Made by a program: the position numbers and the translations under genes. This document shows, piece after piece, positions 29,880 to 40,807 of a DNA stretch of 64,000 nucleotides (position 1 is the stretch's first letter; the number at the start of each line of letters is the position of its first letter). The notes under the pieces were generated by a model. The model was not told the DNA's origin. It saw only the letters and a program-made list of their open reading frames with translations, and made no database searches. This DNA comes from an uncultured Bacteroidales bacterium (GTDB lineage: Bacteria; Bacteroidota; Bacteroidia; Bacteroidales; G3-4614). The stretch lies in contig CASFRS010000024.1 in the NCBI GenBank assembly GCA_949297125.1, forward strand, positions 18,596 to 82,595. The letters run 5' to 3'.

Positions 29880-31538
29880 TTAGTTGAACTTGTAGTTGAA
29901 CCCGAAACTAAGAAGTTCTTTAAACTGGAAGTAGTTGCCGTGTTTGTTCTTTTCTATGCTGTCATCGTAACGGGCATGTACGTATATCTTTGTGGAAAAG
30001 TACCTGTTGAACGCAAAGTCCATGCCGGTTTCAATATCCGACTGCACATATTTGTAGTTTGTAAAGTAGAACATCCTTGCCGTCCATGACAGGTTGGGGT
30101 AGAACTCCCATTTGAACGTAGCCTCGAACGATGAACCGACCTGGTTCTCGAAGAGCTTCTCGTCCGGAATTCCAGAAAGCGCGGCAATCTCCTTGTCCAT
30201 AGAAAACTTGAGGTTGTAGGACAGCGGAGACAACATGACCGATGTCTCGAACTTCCTCTCCTCTATTTTCTTGTTGTACGACATACCGACACCGAGGTTC
30301 AGGTCGCCGGGCGAAAGCAGCGAGGCCGATTTGTCGTTGCTGTTCGACGGGTAACTGTTGAAGAACTGCGTTTTGAAAACCAGCGATACCGTATAGTACC
30401 AGTCTTTTATAGCCTTTATACCGAACTTGGAGTTGATCTGGAACAGGTCCTCGTTGACCTTGTATGCGTGGCACGTGTCGGACGGCGAGGTATTGACTCC
30501 CAGCTTCCACTGTATGGAAGCGGAGAATATGATGTTCCGCTTGTTGTCGAAGTTCGTGCTGAAGAGCTGGTCGCTTATTATGTTCAGGTTGCTTTCTCCA
30601 CCCTGGTACCAGTTCTCGGAAATATATGCCTGCGATACCTGGAGCGAGCTTGCGAAGCTGTGTTTCCACAGTTTCGGCTTGGGCGGGGCGGCAAGGTGCA
30701 GGTCCTTGCCGTCGGGAATATCCTTTGCCTTGACGGCCGATACCCTGTTCTCTTTCATTGAGCGGGACACAAGGTTCGCTTCCGGAATGTCGGGCATGTT
30801 GCTCTTGGTGTAACGCGTAAGTACGGGTTGCGTGTTTATTGCGGCAATTCGCGCATTGTTGAAAAGAAGTTCCGTATTCGTGGGTCGGAACATGTCGGAA
30901 GCGGGGCTGCCGACAGTCATGCGTCCTTTCCCGTCTGGAATGCTAAGGCTGGTGTCTTTGCCTGCGAGTCCGACATGCAAGTCTTTTTCCTGCTCGAAAT
31001 CATCGAAGATAAGGGAAAGGAACGAGGGGTTGGGCGCGGCTTTGGCCGAATTGTCTACGGCAACCGGCGTTTTCATCAGCATCTCCGATATTGACTTGTA
31101 CGGAACCGTATTCCCTGCCGAATCCACCGGCGGGGCATATTGTTTTGCAACGAGCGTATCGTTCGTATAGGCGGAAAGCTTTGCAAGGAAGTCGGCTATG
31201 GCCAGTTCTTCCGGCGAAGGTTCGGGCTTGGCCTTTTTTACACTTTTCTTCTTTTTTGCGGGAACTTTCGGTTCTGCCGTAACGCTACTGCCCAGTGAGT
31301 CGGCCTTTATTGCGGGAATAGCCCCGTTCCCGTTTTGCCGTGCAGTGTCGGCTGCCGGTACAGACGGTATCGTATCGTTTTGTGCGGACGGAAGTCCGGT
31401 AAGAACGGGAGCGGCCGTGCCGAGGGTGTCGCCTGCGGTTACGGCTGCGGAATCGGCCGTTAATGTTCCTTCGGCAAACATTGTTTGTGATGATAAAAAT
31501 AAAAACAGCAGCAGGAAAATCTGTTTGGAATACATCAT
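29880..31538 (-). CDS. putative outer-membrane beta-barrel protein (DUF3078-like)
   Basis: The track ORF starts at 31568. I prefer the ATG at 31538 (MMYSKQIFLLLFLFLSSQTMFA, a signal peptide), given the -7 box at 31577-31584. It has a low-complexity Ala/Pro/Lys N-region, alternating beta-strand C-terminal two-thirds and a terminal aromatic motif (FGFNYKFN). Confidence 0.72.
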   Translation of the reverse strand: MMYSKQIFLLLFLFLSSQTMFAEGTLTADSAAVTAGDTLGTAAPVLTGLPSAQNDTIPSVPAADTARQNGNGAIPAIKADSLGSSVTAEPKVPAKKKKSVKKAKPEPSPEELAIADFLAKLSAYTNDTLVAKQYAPPVDSAGNTVPYKSISEMLMKTPVAVDNSAKAAPNPSFLSLIFDDFEQEKDLHVGLAGKDTSLSIPDGKGRMTVGSPASDMFRPTNTELLFNNARIAAINTQPVLTRYTKSNMPDIPEANLVSRSMKENRVSAVKAKDIPDGKDLHLAAPPKPKLWKHSFASSLQVSQAYISENWYQGGESNLNIISDQLFSTNFDNKRNIIFSASIQWKLGVNTSPSDTCHAYKVNEDLFQINSKFGIKAIKDWYYTVSLVFKTQFFNSYPSNSNDKSASLLSPGDLNLGVGMSYNKKIEERKFETSVMLSPLSYNLKFSMDKEIAALSGIPDEKLFENQVGSSFEATFKWEFYPNLSWTARMFYFTNYKYVQSDIETGMDFAFNRYFSTKIYVHARYDDSIEKNKHGNYFQFKELLSFGFNYKFN

Positions 31539-31576
31539 GTCAATGGCAAAAATTTGTCGGTAAAACATTGAGGGTG

Positions 31577-31584
31577 CAAAATTA
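31577..31584 (-). promoter_or_regulatory. candidate -7 box TAATTTTG (DUF3078-like gene)
   Basis: Exact consensus on the minus strand. Its position argues for the ATG at 31538 rather than 31568. Confidence 0.5.
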
Positions 31585-31690
31585 ATGTTTTTTTTCGGTT
31601 ATTGCTAAACAAAATTGCACGGACCCTGACGGTTCGTCCCCGCCGCGGCATCAAAAGGCTTTTTTGTTAGGAATACTATATTTTTTTATT

Positions 31691-31698
31691 TACTTTTG
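31691..31698 (+). promoter_or_regulatory. candidate -7 box TACTTTTG (pyrG-yidC)
   Basis: Exact consensus followed by C, 39 nt upstream of the GTG start. Confidence 0.55.
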
Positions 31699-31718
31699 CG
31701 GGCGTAAAATAGTATTAG

Positions 31719-33344
<1,626 letters not shown>

Positions 33345-33351
33345 AACAGAC

Positions 33352-35268
33352 ATGGATAAAAATACGATAATAGGATTCCTGCTTATAGCTGCGTTGCTGT
33401 TCGGCTATTCGTGGTTTTCGCGCCCTTCCGAAGAGGAAGTGGCAGCCATGCGGCAAGCCGAAATAGAAGCCGCCATGAATGAGCGGAAAATGCTCGATGA
33501 TGCATCGTCCGACAGGCCTTCCGGTGCGGTATCGGGTGAAACCGGAAACGATACCATTACCGAGTCGCAGCGTTTGAAAATGGAATTCGGCGAGTTCTCG
33601 TCCGCCGCTGCAGGCAGGGACACCCTGCTTACGCTGCAGAACGAGAATGTGCAGCTCTCATTCTCGGCAAAAGGAGGACGCCTATCCTCGGCGCGCCTTA
33701 AAAATTACCAGACTTACGATTCGCTTCCGCTTCTGCTTTTCGACGGAGAGAAGGAAAACAATTACGGCTTTATCTTCAAAAGCGCGGGACGTATCATAGA
33801 TACTGAAGACTTGTATTTCCAACCCCGGCAACTGAATGACTCCACGCTTGTAATGTCGCTTGTTACCGACGGGGGGAACAACTTCGACATAACCTATACG
33901 CTCCCGTCGGGAAGCTACATGCTGGAAATGGATATAACCCAGAACGGCATGGAGAACGTCCTGCCCCGCAATACCGCCCACCTCGACTTCTATTGGAACC
34001 AGCAGTTGCGAAGTCAGGAAAAAGGGCGTATGTTCGAGGAGCGCAACAGTACCATATATTACAAGTTCGTAGGGTCCGATGTTGACCGTCTCTCGGAAAC
34101 CGATGAAGACAGCGAGACGCTTAACCTCGGTCTCAAGTGGATAGGGTTCAAGAACCAGTTCTTTTCATCCGTCTTCATAGCCGACTACAAGTTCAACGGC
34201 GCTGAAATGACTTCCGTACCTCTGGAGGGGAACAAGGATTACCTGAAATCGTTTGCCGTAAAAAGTTCTTTCGACTATAACCCGGCCACACCGCAGGGAC
34301 CGGGCTTCAAAATATATCTCGGGCCCAACCTTTACCCCCTTCTGCACGGTTACGACAAGGGCGTACCCGATTCCGACAAGTTGAACCTCGACAAACTCAT
34401 ACCGCTCGGATACAAGTTCTTCCGTTGGATAAACACGGTATTCATAATACCTATATTCACATTCCTCGGCAGGTTCATAGACAATTACGGGGTTATAATA
34501 CTGCTGCTCACAATAATAATAAAGGTGATACTTGCACCGTTGACCTACAAGTCGTACATGTCCACGGCCAAGATACGCGTATTGCGTCCGCAGATAGAGG
34601 AGATAAACAAGAAATATCCCGGTAACGAGAAAGCGCTCGAGCGTCAGCGGGCAACCATGGATTTATATACGCGTGCGGGGGCGAACCCCATGAGCGGATG
34701 TCTGCCCATGTTGCTGCAAATGCCCATACTGCTTGCCATGTTCGCATTCTTCCCTTCGTCGATAGAGTTGAGAGGCGAGTCGTTCCTGTGGGTAAAGGAC
34801 CTGTCGTCGTACGATTCCATATTCTCGTGGGATGCCTACATCCCTGTAATAACGCCGTATTTCGGAAACCATATAAGCCTTTTCTGTCTGTTGATGACAA
34901 TAACCAACATCATCTACACGAAGATAAACATGGACAATACGGCCGGCAGCCCGCAAATGCCCGGCATGAAAGCCATGATGTACCTTATGCCGCTGATGTT
35001 CCTTGTCTTCTTCAACAACTATGCGGCAGGGTTGAGCTACTATTATTTCGTGTCGCTGCTTATAACGATACTGCAAACATATGCATTCCGTTATTTTATA
35101 AACGAAGAAAAACTTCTTGCACGTCTCAAGGAAAACCAGAAAAAACCGCGCAAGAAAAGCGGCTGGATGGCGCGACTGGAGGAGGCGCAGAAACGTCAGG
35201 AAGCGCTTCTGCGTGAACGGCAGAAACAGCAGCGCCAGCAGTATCGCCACAACTCCAAAGGAAGATAA
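33352..35268 (+). CDS. yidC: membrane protein insertase YidC
   Basis: 638 aa, starting 7 nt after pyrG. Large periplasmic N-domain, a 60 kDa inner-membrane-protein core (ILLLTIIIKVILAPLTYKSY...GCLPMLLQMPIL) and a basic C-tail. Confidence 0.94.
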   Translation: MDKNTIIGFLLIAALLFGYSWFSRPSEEEVAAMRQAEIEAAMNERKMLDDASSDRPSGAVSGETGNDTITESQRLKMEFGEFSSAAAGRDTLLTLQNENVQLSFSAKGGRLSSARLKNYQTYDSLPLLLFDGEKENNYGFIFKSAGRIIDTEDLYFQPRQLNDSTLVMSLVTDGGNNFDITYTLPSGSYMLEMDITQNGMENVLPRNTAHLDFYWNQQLRSQEKGRMFEERNSTIYYKFVGSDVDRLSETDEDSETLNLGLKWIGFKNQFFSSVFIADYKFNGAEMTSVPLEGNKDYLKSFAVKSSFDYNPATPQGPGFKIYLGPNLYPLLHGYDKGVPDSDKLNLDKLIPLGYKFFRWINTVFIIPIFTFLGRFIDNYGVIILLLTIIIKVILAPLTYKSYMSTAKIRVLRPQIEEINKKYPGNEKALERQRATMDLYTRAGANPMSGCLPMLLQMPILLAMFAFFPSSIELRGESFLWVKDLSSYDSIFSWDAYIPVITPYFGNHISLFCLLMTITNIIYTKINMDNTAGSPQMPGMKAMMYLMPLMFLVFFNNYAAGLSYYYFVSLLITILQTYAFRYFINEEKLLARLKENQKKPRKKSGWMARLEEAQKRQEALLRERQKQQRQQYRHNSKGR

Positions 35269-35302
35269 GAAAGAGTGTATCCATATACGTCATGATTAGC
35301 AG

Positions 35303-35340
35303 AAAAGGGTGTGTCCCCGGAATTTCCGGCACACCCTTTT
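35303..35340 (+). terminator. yidC terminator
   Basis: AAAAGGGTGTG...CACACCCTTTT outer stem (11 bp) plus an inner CCGG/CCGG stem. T-rich 3' end. Confidence 0.75.
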
Positions 35341-35435
35341 CTGCATCCGTATGCCGGATACGGAAAAGGCAATACCTGACGGTATAGAGGCCGATGCGTA
35401 TAATGGAGAAATCTATTTGTTGAATATATTATACG

Positions 35436-35471
35436 GGAAAGGCCGGGAGCAATACTGTTCCCGGCCTTTCC
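35436..35471 (-). terminator. hairpin after the small T9SS-CTD gene
   Basis: GGAAAGGCCGGGA / TCCCGGCCTTTCC: 13-bp perfect stem with a 9-nt loop, 40 nt past the stop. Confidence 0.6.
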
Positions 35472-35510
35472 GTGTATCCGCTGCCGCAGATTGCAGGACA
35501 GGCTGTCTCC

Positions 35511-35828
35511 TTACAAGGCAATCCGTTTTATGCTGTCCCCGGTGTTTATCAGGTATATGCCCCTTGCTTTCAGGTCTATTTGGGTCGTCCCTGCCGGAAT
35601 CTTCTTTTCCAGTACAAGATTGCCGAGAATGGAGTATATCTTTATTGTGGTGCTTTCCGGAACAGTGATGTAGATATTGCCGTCATATACGGCCACGGTC
35701 GCGGGCTGAGGAGTCTCGACAGCATAGCTTTCGGGGCGCAAGTCCGCATCCCCGTCCGTATTGCCGAGAACGCTGTGGGGCAATAAGGCCAGCAGTGCAA
35801 GTACCGATAACTTTCCGAAACCGTTCAT
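35511..35828 (-). CDS. small secreted protein consisting essentially of a T9SS C-terminal sorting domain
   Basis: I prefer the ATG at 35828 (MNGFGKLSVLALLALL, a signal peptide) over the track start at 35885. The C-terminal ~65 aa (VAVYDGNIYITVPESTTIKIYSILGNLVLEKKIPAGTTQIDLKARGIYLINTGDSIKRIAL) match the Por/T9SS type-A CTD pattern. Confidence 0.65.
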   Translation of the reverse strand: MNGFGKLSVLALLALLPHSVLGNTDGDADLRPESYAVETPQPATVAVYDGNIYITVPESTTIKIYSILGNLVLEKKIPAGTTQIDLKARGIYLINTGDSIKRIAL

Positions 35829-35961
35829 ATATGGCGCGAAGATACGCAATTTACATCTATATTCAAAACAAAGAAACCGTTGCAAGGTTCTTGGCCTCTG
35901 TCCGGCACCGTGCCCGTTCCGTCATGTGCGGTGAAAACCTGTCAGAGAAAGCGGGCAGGGG

Positions 35962-36999
35962 CTACATTATTCCCCTTTCGCGCAGTTTTACCTGCCATTT
36001 CCATGCCGAAGCAAGCGTGTCTTCCAGTTTCTCTGCGGCAACCCACCCTAATACCTTGTTGGCCTTTTCGGGGTTTGCCCATACTTTTTCTATATCCCCT
36101 TCGCGGCGGCCTACAATCTTGTAGTTCAGTTTTACACCTGTTGCAGCCTCGAAAGCATTTACAAGTTCAAGTACCGAAACGCCGCGTCCCGTACCGAGGT
36201 TGAAAATCTCTACCTGCTCTTCCGACTTCCCCGTAAGCATCCTGTCTACGGCAATAACATGCGCCTTGGCCAGATCCACTACGTTTATGTAGTCGCGGAT
36301 GCACGACCCGTCGGGAGTGTTGTAATCGTCGCCGAAAACGCTCAATTCTTTCCGTATGCCCATTGCAGTCTGCGTAATGTACGGGATAAGGTTCTGGGGA
36401 ACACCGTTCGGCAATTCTCCTATCTCTGCCGACGGATGTGCGCCGATAGGGTTGAAGTAGCGCAGAATTACGGCTTTGTAGCCTACCCCCGAATGGATAG
36501 TGTCCTTTATTATCTCTTCGTTAATCTGTTTTGTGTTCCCGTAGGGCGACAGGGCCGGTTTTATGGGAGCCGTTTCGTCTACCGGCAGAATGTCCGGTTG
36601 TCCGTAAACCGTGCATGACGAGGAAAAAACAATCCCCTTGACGCCGAATTCCGGCATCAGTTCCATAAGCGTAAGCAGCGAGTCTATATTGTTGCGGTAG
36701 TAGAGCAGCGGTTTCTGTACCGATTCTCCTACCGCTTTGCTTGCAGCGAAATGTATGATGCCGCATATGTTTTTCTCCGTTTCAAAAACGTTCCTCATTG
36801 CGGCCCTGTCATTGCAGTCGTTCTTGTAGAAAACGGGGCGCGTGCCCGTAATCCTCTCTATACCGTCTATGACATCCGCATTGGAATTGGACAGGTTGTC
36901 GACAATGACGACATCGTATCCGGCATTCTGCAACTCAACGGTGGTGTGCGACCCTATGTAGCCGGCACCTCCTGTAACAAGAATTTTTCCTTTGTTCAT
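35962..36999 (-). CDS. galE: UDP-glucose 4-epimerase
   Basis: The track ORF is extended to 37086. The ATG at 36999 gives MNKGKILVTGGAGYIGSH (Rossmann GxxGxxG). Also has the YxxxK region (SPYGNTK) and a TAacTTTG box at 37092-37099. Confidence 0.94.
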   Translation of the reverse strand: MNKGKILVTGGAGYIGSHTTVELQNAGYDVVIVDNLSNSNADVIDGIERITGTRPVFYKNDCNDRAAMRNVFETEKNICGIIHFAASKAVGESVQKPLLYYRNNIDSLLTLMELMPEFGVKGIVFSSSCTVYGQPDILPVDETAPIKPALSPYGNTKQINEEIIKDTIHSGVGYKAVILRYFNPIGAHPSAEIGELPNGVPQNLIPYITQTAMGIRKELSVFGDDYNTPDGSCIRDYINVVDLAKAHVIAVDRMLTGKSEEQVEIFNLGTGRGVSVLELVNAFEAATGVKLNYKIVGRREGDIEKVWANPEKANKVLGWVAAEKLEDTLASAWKWQVKLRERGIM

Positions 37000-37091
37000 G
37001 ATAGTGAAAATTATACCGATTATTAAAAATGTGGATTCCGTATGAAAAATGGCACGTCCGGCACATTGATTGCGCATGCGTACCATATATG

Positions 37092-37099
37092 CAAAGTTA
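37092..37099 (-). promoter_or_regulatory. candidate -7 box TAACTTTG (galE)
   Basis: Exact consensus on the minus strand, ~93 nt upstream of the ATG at 36999. Confidence 0.5.
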
Positions 37100-37153
37100 C
37101 GAAATTTTCTTAAAACAGGTACTTCATTATTTGTCCGAATCGAAAAAAGATGC

Positions 37154-37161
37154 TAAATTTG
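37154..37161 (+). promoter_or_regulatory. candidate -7 box TAAATTTG (L25-pth-S4 unit)
   Basis: Exact consensus followed by C, 85 nt upstream of the L25 ATG. Confidence 0.55.
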
Positions 37162-37245
37162 CGCCGCTTTTTAGTATTTCCGTGCGATGGGAAATTAAGG
37201 AGTGGATAAACTTAATTTTTAGTAACACAAAACATTACAGTAAAA

Positions 37246-37896
37246 ATGAAAACATTTCAGTTGGAAGGCGCACCCCGTACAGGATTGGGGAAAAAAGAGG
37301 CCAAGACTTTGAGAAAAGAGAACATGATACCCGCAGTCCTCAACGGCGGCGAGATGGTTGAATACCCCTATGCCGGCAAATTGCAGGAAGGGGAAAAGGT
37401 TATCCCCGTAGGCGGAGGCAAGGCTTTGATAGTAACGGACTTCAAGGTGTCGGCCGATTCGGTCCGCAAACTCGTATACACTTCCGACATATTCGCAATA
37501 GAGTTGAAGATAGGCCAGAAAGACGTAATGGCGGTTCTCAAGGACATACAGTTCCACCCCGTTACGGGCAATATCCTGCACATGGATTTTCTGGAAATAT
37601 CGAAAGAGAAACCCATTGTCATGGCTGTACCTGTTAAACTCGTAGGACACGCCGAAGGTGTTAAGGCCGGTGGTAAACTGGTGCTCAAGATGCGTCGCAT
37701 AAAGGTTAAGGCCAAATATGCGGATATACCCGAGTTGCTTGAAATAAACGTAGATTCCCTGGGTCTCGGCAAATCCATATCCGTAGGCGACCTCAGTTTC
37801 GACAACCTCGAACTGATAAGCCCGAAAGATGCATTGGTATGCAGCGTTCTCATGACCCGTGGCGCAATAGCCGCAGCAGCTGCAGCAAACCAGTAA
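37246..37896 (+). CDS. rplY: 50S ribosomal protein L25 / general stress protein Ctc
   Basis: 216 aa. N-terminal '[27 protein letters not shown]' and a two-domain Ctc-type layout. Confidence 0.92.
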   Translation: MKTFQLEGAPRTGLGKKEAKTLRKENMIPAVLNGGEMVEYPYAGKLQEGEKVIPVGGGKALIVTDFKVSADSVRKLVYTSDIFAIELKIGQKDVMAVLKDIQFHPVTGNILHMDFLEISKEKPIVMAVPVKLVGHAEGVKAGGKLVLKMRRIKVKAKYADIPELLEINVDSLGLGKSISVGDLSFDNLELISPKDALVCSVLMTRGAIAAAAAANQ

Positions 37897-37963
37897 TATA
37901 TTCTTGCCGGTCGGAGACGGTAAGTCTCTTTATGCCGGTTGGGAACAGAACAAGGTATTGGAT

Positions 37964-38524
37964 ATGAAATATCTGATAACAGGGCTGGGAAATATAGGAC
38001 AGGAGTACGAAAATACCCGGCACAATATAGGTTTCAGAGTATTGGACGCTTTTGCAAAAGCGTCCAATACTGTTTTCACGGACGGCCGTTACGGCGCAAC
38101 GTGCCGCGTAAACATAAAAGGGCGTACCCTGGTGCTGCTCAAGCCCTCTACATACATGAACCTTAGCGGCAACGCTGTAAGGTACTGGCTTCAGAAGGAG
38201 AACATACCCACGGAGAACCTGCTTGTCGTGGTCGACGACATAGCCCTCCCCGTCGGGCAGTTGCGGCTGAAGGAAAAAGGCAGCGACGGCGGCCATAACG
38301 GCCTTGCCCATATAGCGCAGCTGATAGGTACGGATTATGCAAGGCTCCGTTTCGGGATAGGGAACAATTATCCGCGCGGCGGACAGGTCGATTACGTCCT
38401 GGGGGTATTCCCGCCCGAAGACGAAAAGATTGTTTCCGGGAAACTCCCCGTAGCAGTCGAGATGATAACCTCTTTCTGCCTGGCGGGTGCGGCACGGACA
38501 ATGACGCAATACAATAACCGATAA
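37964..38524 (+). CDS. pth: peptidyl-tRNA hydrolase
   Basis: I prefer the ATG at 37964 ([24 protein letters not shown]) over the track start at 37904. Also has the GGHNGL motif. Confidence 0.94.
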   Translation: MKYLITGLGNIGQEYENTRHNIGFRVLDAFAKASNTVFTDGRYGATCRVNIKGRTLVLLKPSTYMNLSGNAVRYWLQKENIPTENLLVVVDDIALPVGQLRLKEKGSDGGHNGLAHIAQLIGTDYARLRFGIGNNYPRGGQVDYVLGVFPPEDEKIVSGKLPVAVEMITSFCLAGAARTMTQYNNR

Positions 38525-38525
38525 A

Positions 38526-38957
38526 ATGGCGAAGGACGAAGTACGGATAGACAAATGGCTCTGGGCGGTGCGCATCTACAAAACGCGCAGCATAGCCGTG
38601 GATGCATGCAGGAAAGGACGCGTGGCGATAAACGGGACAACTGTAAAGCCTGCCCGTACCGTAAAGGCGGGCGACGAGGTGTCGGTCCGCAAACCTCCGG
38701 TAACATACACGTTTAGGGTGCTGGCCCTTGCCGAAAACCGTATGGGGGCGAAAAAAGTTCCCGAATACCTTGAGAACATAACCCCGAAGGAGCAGTACGA
38801 TATTTTGGAAATGTCGCGCATAAGCGGGTTTATAGCCCGCAGCAAGGGACAAGGGCGTCCTACCAAACGCGACGGAAGGGAAATGAAGGCCTTTATTGAA
38901 GAGGGGTATGCCGACTGGGAATTTGACGACGACTTTTTTTCCGACGACGAAGAATAG
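38526..38957 (+). CDS. S4-domain RNA-binding protein (Hsp15/HslR-like) with acidic tail
   Basis: 143 aa, starting 1 nt after the pth stop. S4 motif 'VRIDKWLWAVRIYKTRSIAVDACRKGRVAING'. Confidence 0.85.
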   Translation: MAKDEVRIDKWLWAVRIYKTRSIAVDACRKGRVAINGTTVKPARTVKAGDEVSVRKPPVTYTFRVLALAENRMGAKKVPEYLENITPKEQYDILEMSRISGFIARSKGQGRPTKRDGREMKAFIEEGYADWEFDDDFFSDDEE

Positions 38958-39078
38958 CCGTCTGCGCAGGCATCCCCAATCCCCGTAGCAAAGCCCCTTG
39001 CGGGAAAACGGGGAATGCGCGCTTTCTCCGTCGGGTATAATGTGTAAAATAAATGGTATCAGTATTAAATCAATTTTA

Positions 39079-39086
39079 TATCTTTG
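39079..39086 (+). promoter_or_regulatory. candidate -7 box TATCTTTG (ilvE-HD)
   Basis: Exact consensus, 29 nt upstream of the ATG at 39115. Confidence 0.5.
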
Positions 39087-39114
39087 TCCTCACGATAGAA
39101 ATACATACAATAAA

Positions 39115-40140
39115 ATGGCATCACAGGAAATAGACTGGGCAAACATATCTTTCGGATATATGCCTACGGATTATAACGTTCGCCGCTATTATCGCAACGG
39201 CAAGTGGGGAGAAATGGAACTGAGTTCTTCCGAAATAATAAACATCCACATGGCGGCAACCTGTCTCCATTACGGGCAGGAAGCGTTTGAAGGGTTGAAG
39301 GCGTACCGCGGGAAAGACGGCAAGATACGCGTGTTCCGCATGCAGGCCAATGCCGAAAGGCTGCAGGCCACATGCCGCGGCATTCTGATGCCCGAACTGC
39401 CCACCGGAATGTTCTGCGAAATGGTGGAGAAGGTAGTGAAGATGAACGAGCGCTTCGTACCCCCGTACGAAAGCGGCGCATCGCTTTACATCCGCCCTCT
39501 CTTCATTGGTACGGGAGCCCAGGTTGGCGTACATCCTGCGGACGAGTACCTCTGCATAATCTTCGTAACGCCGGTAGGTCCGTATTTCAAGGGCGGATTC
39601 GCCGCTACCCCGTATGTGATAATACGCGAGTACGACCGTGCCGCCCCTCTCGGTACTGGCCGTTATAAAGTCGGAGGCAACTATGCCGCAAGTCTTCTGG
39701 CAAACAAGAAGGCGCACGATTTGGGATACTCCTGCGAGATTTACATAGATGCAAAAGAGAAAAAATACATAGACGAGGCAGGCGCTGCCAATTTCTTCGG
39801 GATAAAGGATAATACGTACATAACGCCCGAGTCGTCCTCCATCCTCCCGTCTATAACGAACCGCAGCCTTATCCAGCTGGCCGAGGATATGGGGCTTAAG
39901 GTGGAACGCCGCCATATACCAGAAGAGGAACTGGCTACTTTTGAAGAGGCGGGAGCCTGCGGAACAGCGGCCGTAATATCGCCTATAGAACGTGTCGATG
40001 ACCTTGAAAACGGCAAAACCTACATCATAGCCAAGGACGGGAAGCCGGGGCCTGTATCGACGAAACTCTACAACGAATTGCGCGGAATACAGTACGGCGA
40101 CATACCCGACAAGCACGGATGGGTAACCGTAATAGAGTAA
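39115..40140 (+). CDS. ilvE: branched-chain amino acid aminotransferase
   Basis: I prefer the ATG at 39115 (MASQEIDWANISFGY) because a TAtcTTTG box at 39079-39086 lies inside the longer track ORF. Class IV aminotransferase motifs (HYGQEAFEGLKAYR, GGNYAASL). Confidence 0.92.
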   Translation: MASQEIDWANISFGYMPTDYNVRRYYRNGKWGEMELSSSEIINIHMAATCLHYGQEAFEGLKAYRGKDGKIRVFRMQANAERLQATCRGILMPELPTGMFCEMVEKVVKMNERFVPPYESGASLYIRPLFIGTGAQVGVHPADEYLCIIFVTPVGPYFKGGFAATPYVIIREYDRAAPLGTGRYKVGGNYAASLLANKKAHDLGYSCEIYIDAKEKKYIDEAGAANFFGIKDNTYITPESSSILPSITNRSLIQLAEDMGLKVERRHIPEEELATFEEAGACGTAAVISPIERVDDLENGKTYIIAKDGKPGPVSTKLYNELRGIQYGDIPDKHGWVTVIE

Positions 40141-40673
40141 TGGACGCAATACGGATAATAGAGAAATACTACACGCCCGGCACACAACTCTACAACCTGC
40201 TTGTAAAGCACAGCAGCAGCGTCGCCCGGATGGCGTTGCGTTTGGCTGCAGAGGCCGGCAGTGCGGACAAGGAACTGGTCTATGAAGCGGCAATGCTTCA
40301 CGACATAGGAATATATCAGACTGACGCGCCGAAAATATATTGTTTCGGCGCGCAGCCGTATATATGCCATGCTGTTATCGGGGCTGCCATTCTAAGGAAA
40401 GAGGGGTTGCCGTTGCATGCGGAGATATGTGAGAAGCACACTGGTGCAGGAATATCGGCCGAAGAGATAAAAGCCCGGAATCTGCCGTTGCCGTACCGCG
40501 ACATGATACCGTCGACGCCCGAGGAAGAGATAGTGGCGCTGGCCGACAAATTCTTTTCCAAGAGCAAGCCCGACAAGGTCTTTACCGTCGATGAGGTCCG
40601 CCGCTCCCTTTCCCGTTTCGGGGCCGCCCCTTTGGCCCGTTTCGACAGCTGGGTGGAAAAATACATGCGGTAG
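40140..40673 (+). CDS. HD-domain (HDIG-type) phosphohydrolase
   Basis: The ATG overlaps the ilvE stop (TAATG). Translation starts MDAIRIIEKYY. HD motif 'AAMLHDIGIY' and a later H...H..GAGI region. Confidence 0.8.
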   Translation: MDAIRIIEKYYTPGTQLYNLLVKHSSSVARMALRLAAEAGSADKELVYEAAMLHDIGIYQTDAPKIYCFGAQPYICHAVIGAAILRKEGLPLHAEICEKHTGAGISAEEIKARNLPLPYRDMIPSTPEEEIVALADKFFSKSKPDKVFTVDEVRRSLSRFGAAPLARFDSWVEKYMR

Positions 40674-40769
40674 CGGCAAATACCGCCTTGATACGGCGTC
40701 GGCAGGCGCCGTTCAACCCAAATTTATATAAAAACTCTTTTATTATGCCCTCAGTTGAGGCAAAATGGC

Positions 40770-40777
40770 TAACTTTG
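40770..40777 (+). promoter_or_regulatory. candidate -7 box TAACTTTG (lptD-like)
   Basis: Exact consensus followed by C, 31 nt upstream of the ATG at 40808. Confidence 0.55.
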
Positions 40778-40807
40778 CAGTTCAATTAGGTGTGTCGGGC
40801 CAAACAT

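Noticed and set aside
35962-37086. N-terminally extended track ORFs (galE to 37086; pth from 37904; ilvE from 38998; purC to 53777; lptD from 40790; XRE from 51471; acidic protein to 22918)
   Set aside because: The extensions either use GTG/TTG starts, overlap promoter boxes or neighbouring genes, or add non-homologous residues ahead of canonical N-termini such as MNKGKILVTGGAGYIGSH and [12 protein letters not shown]. Internal ATGs were chosen instead.
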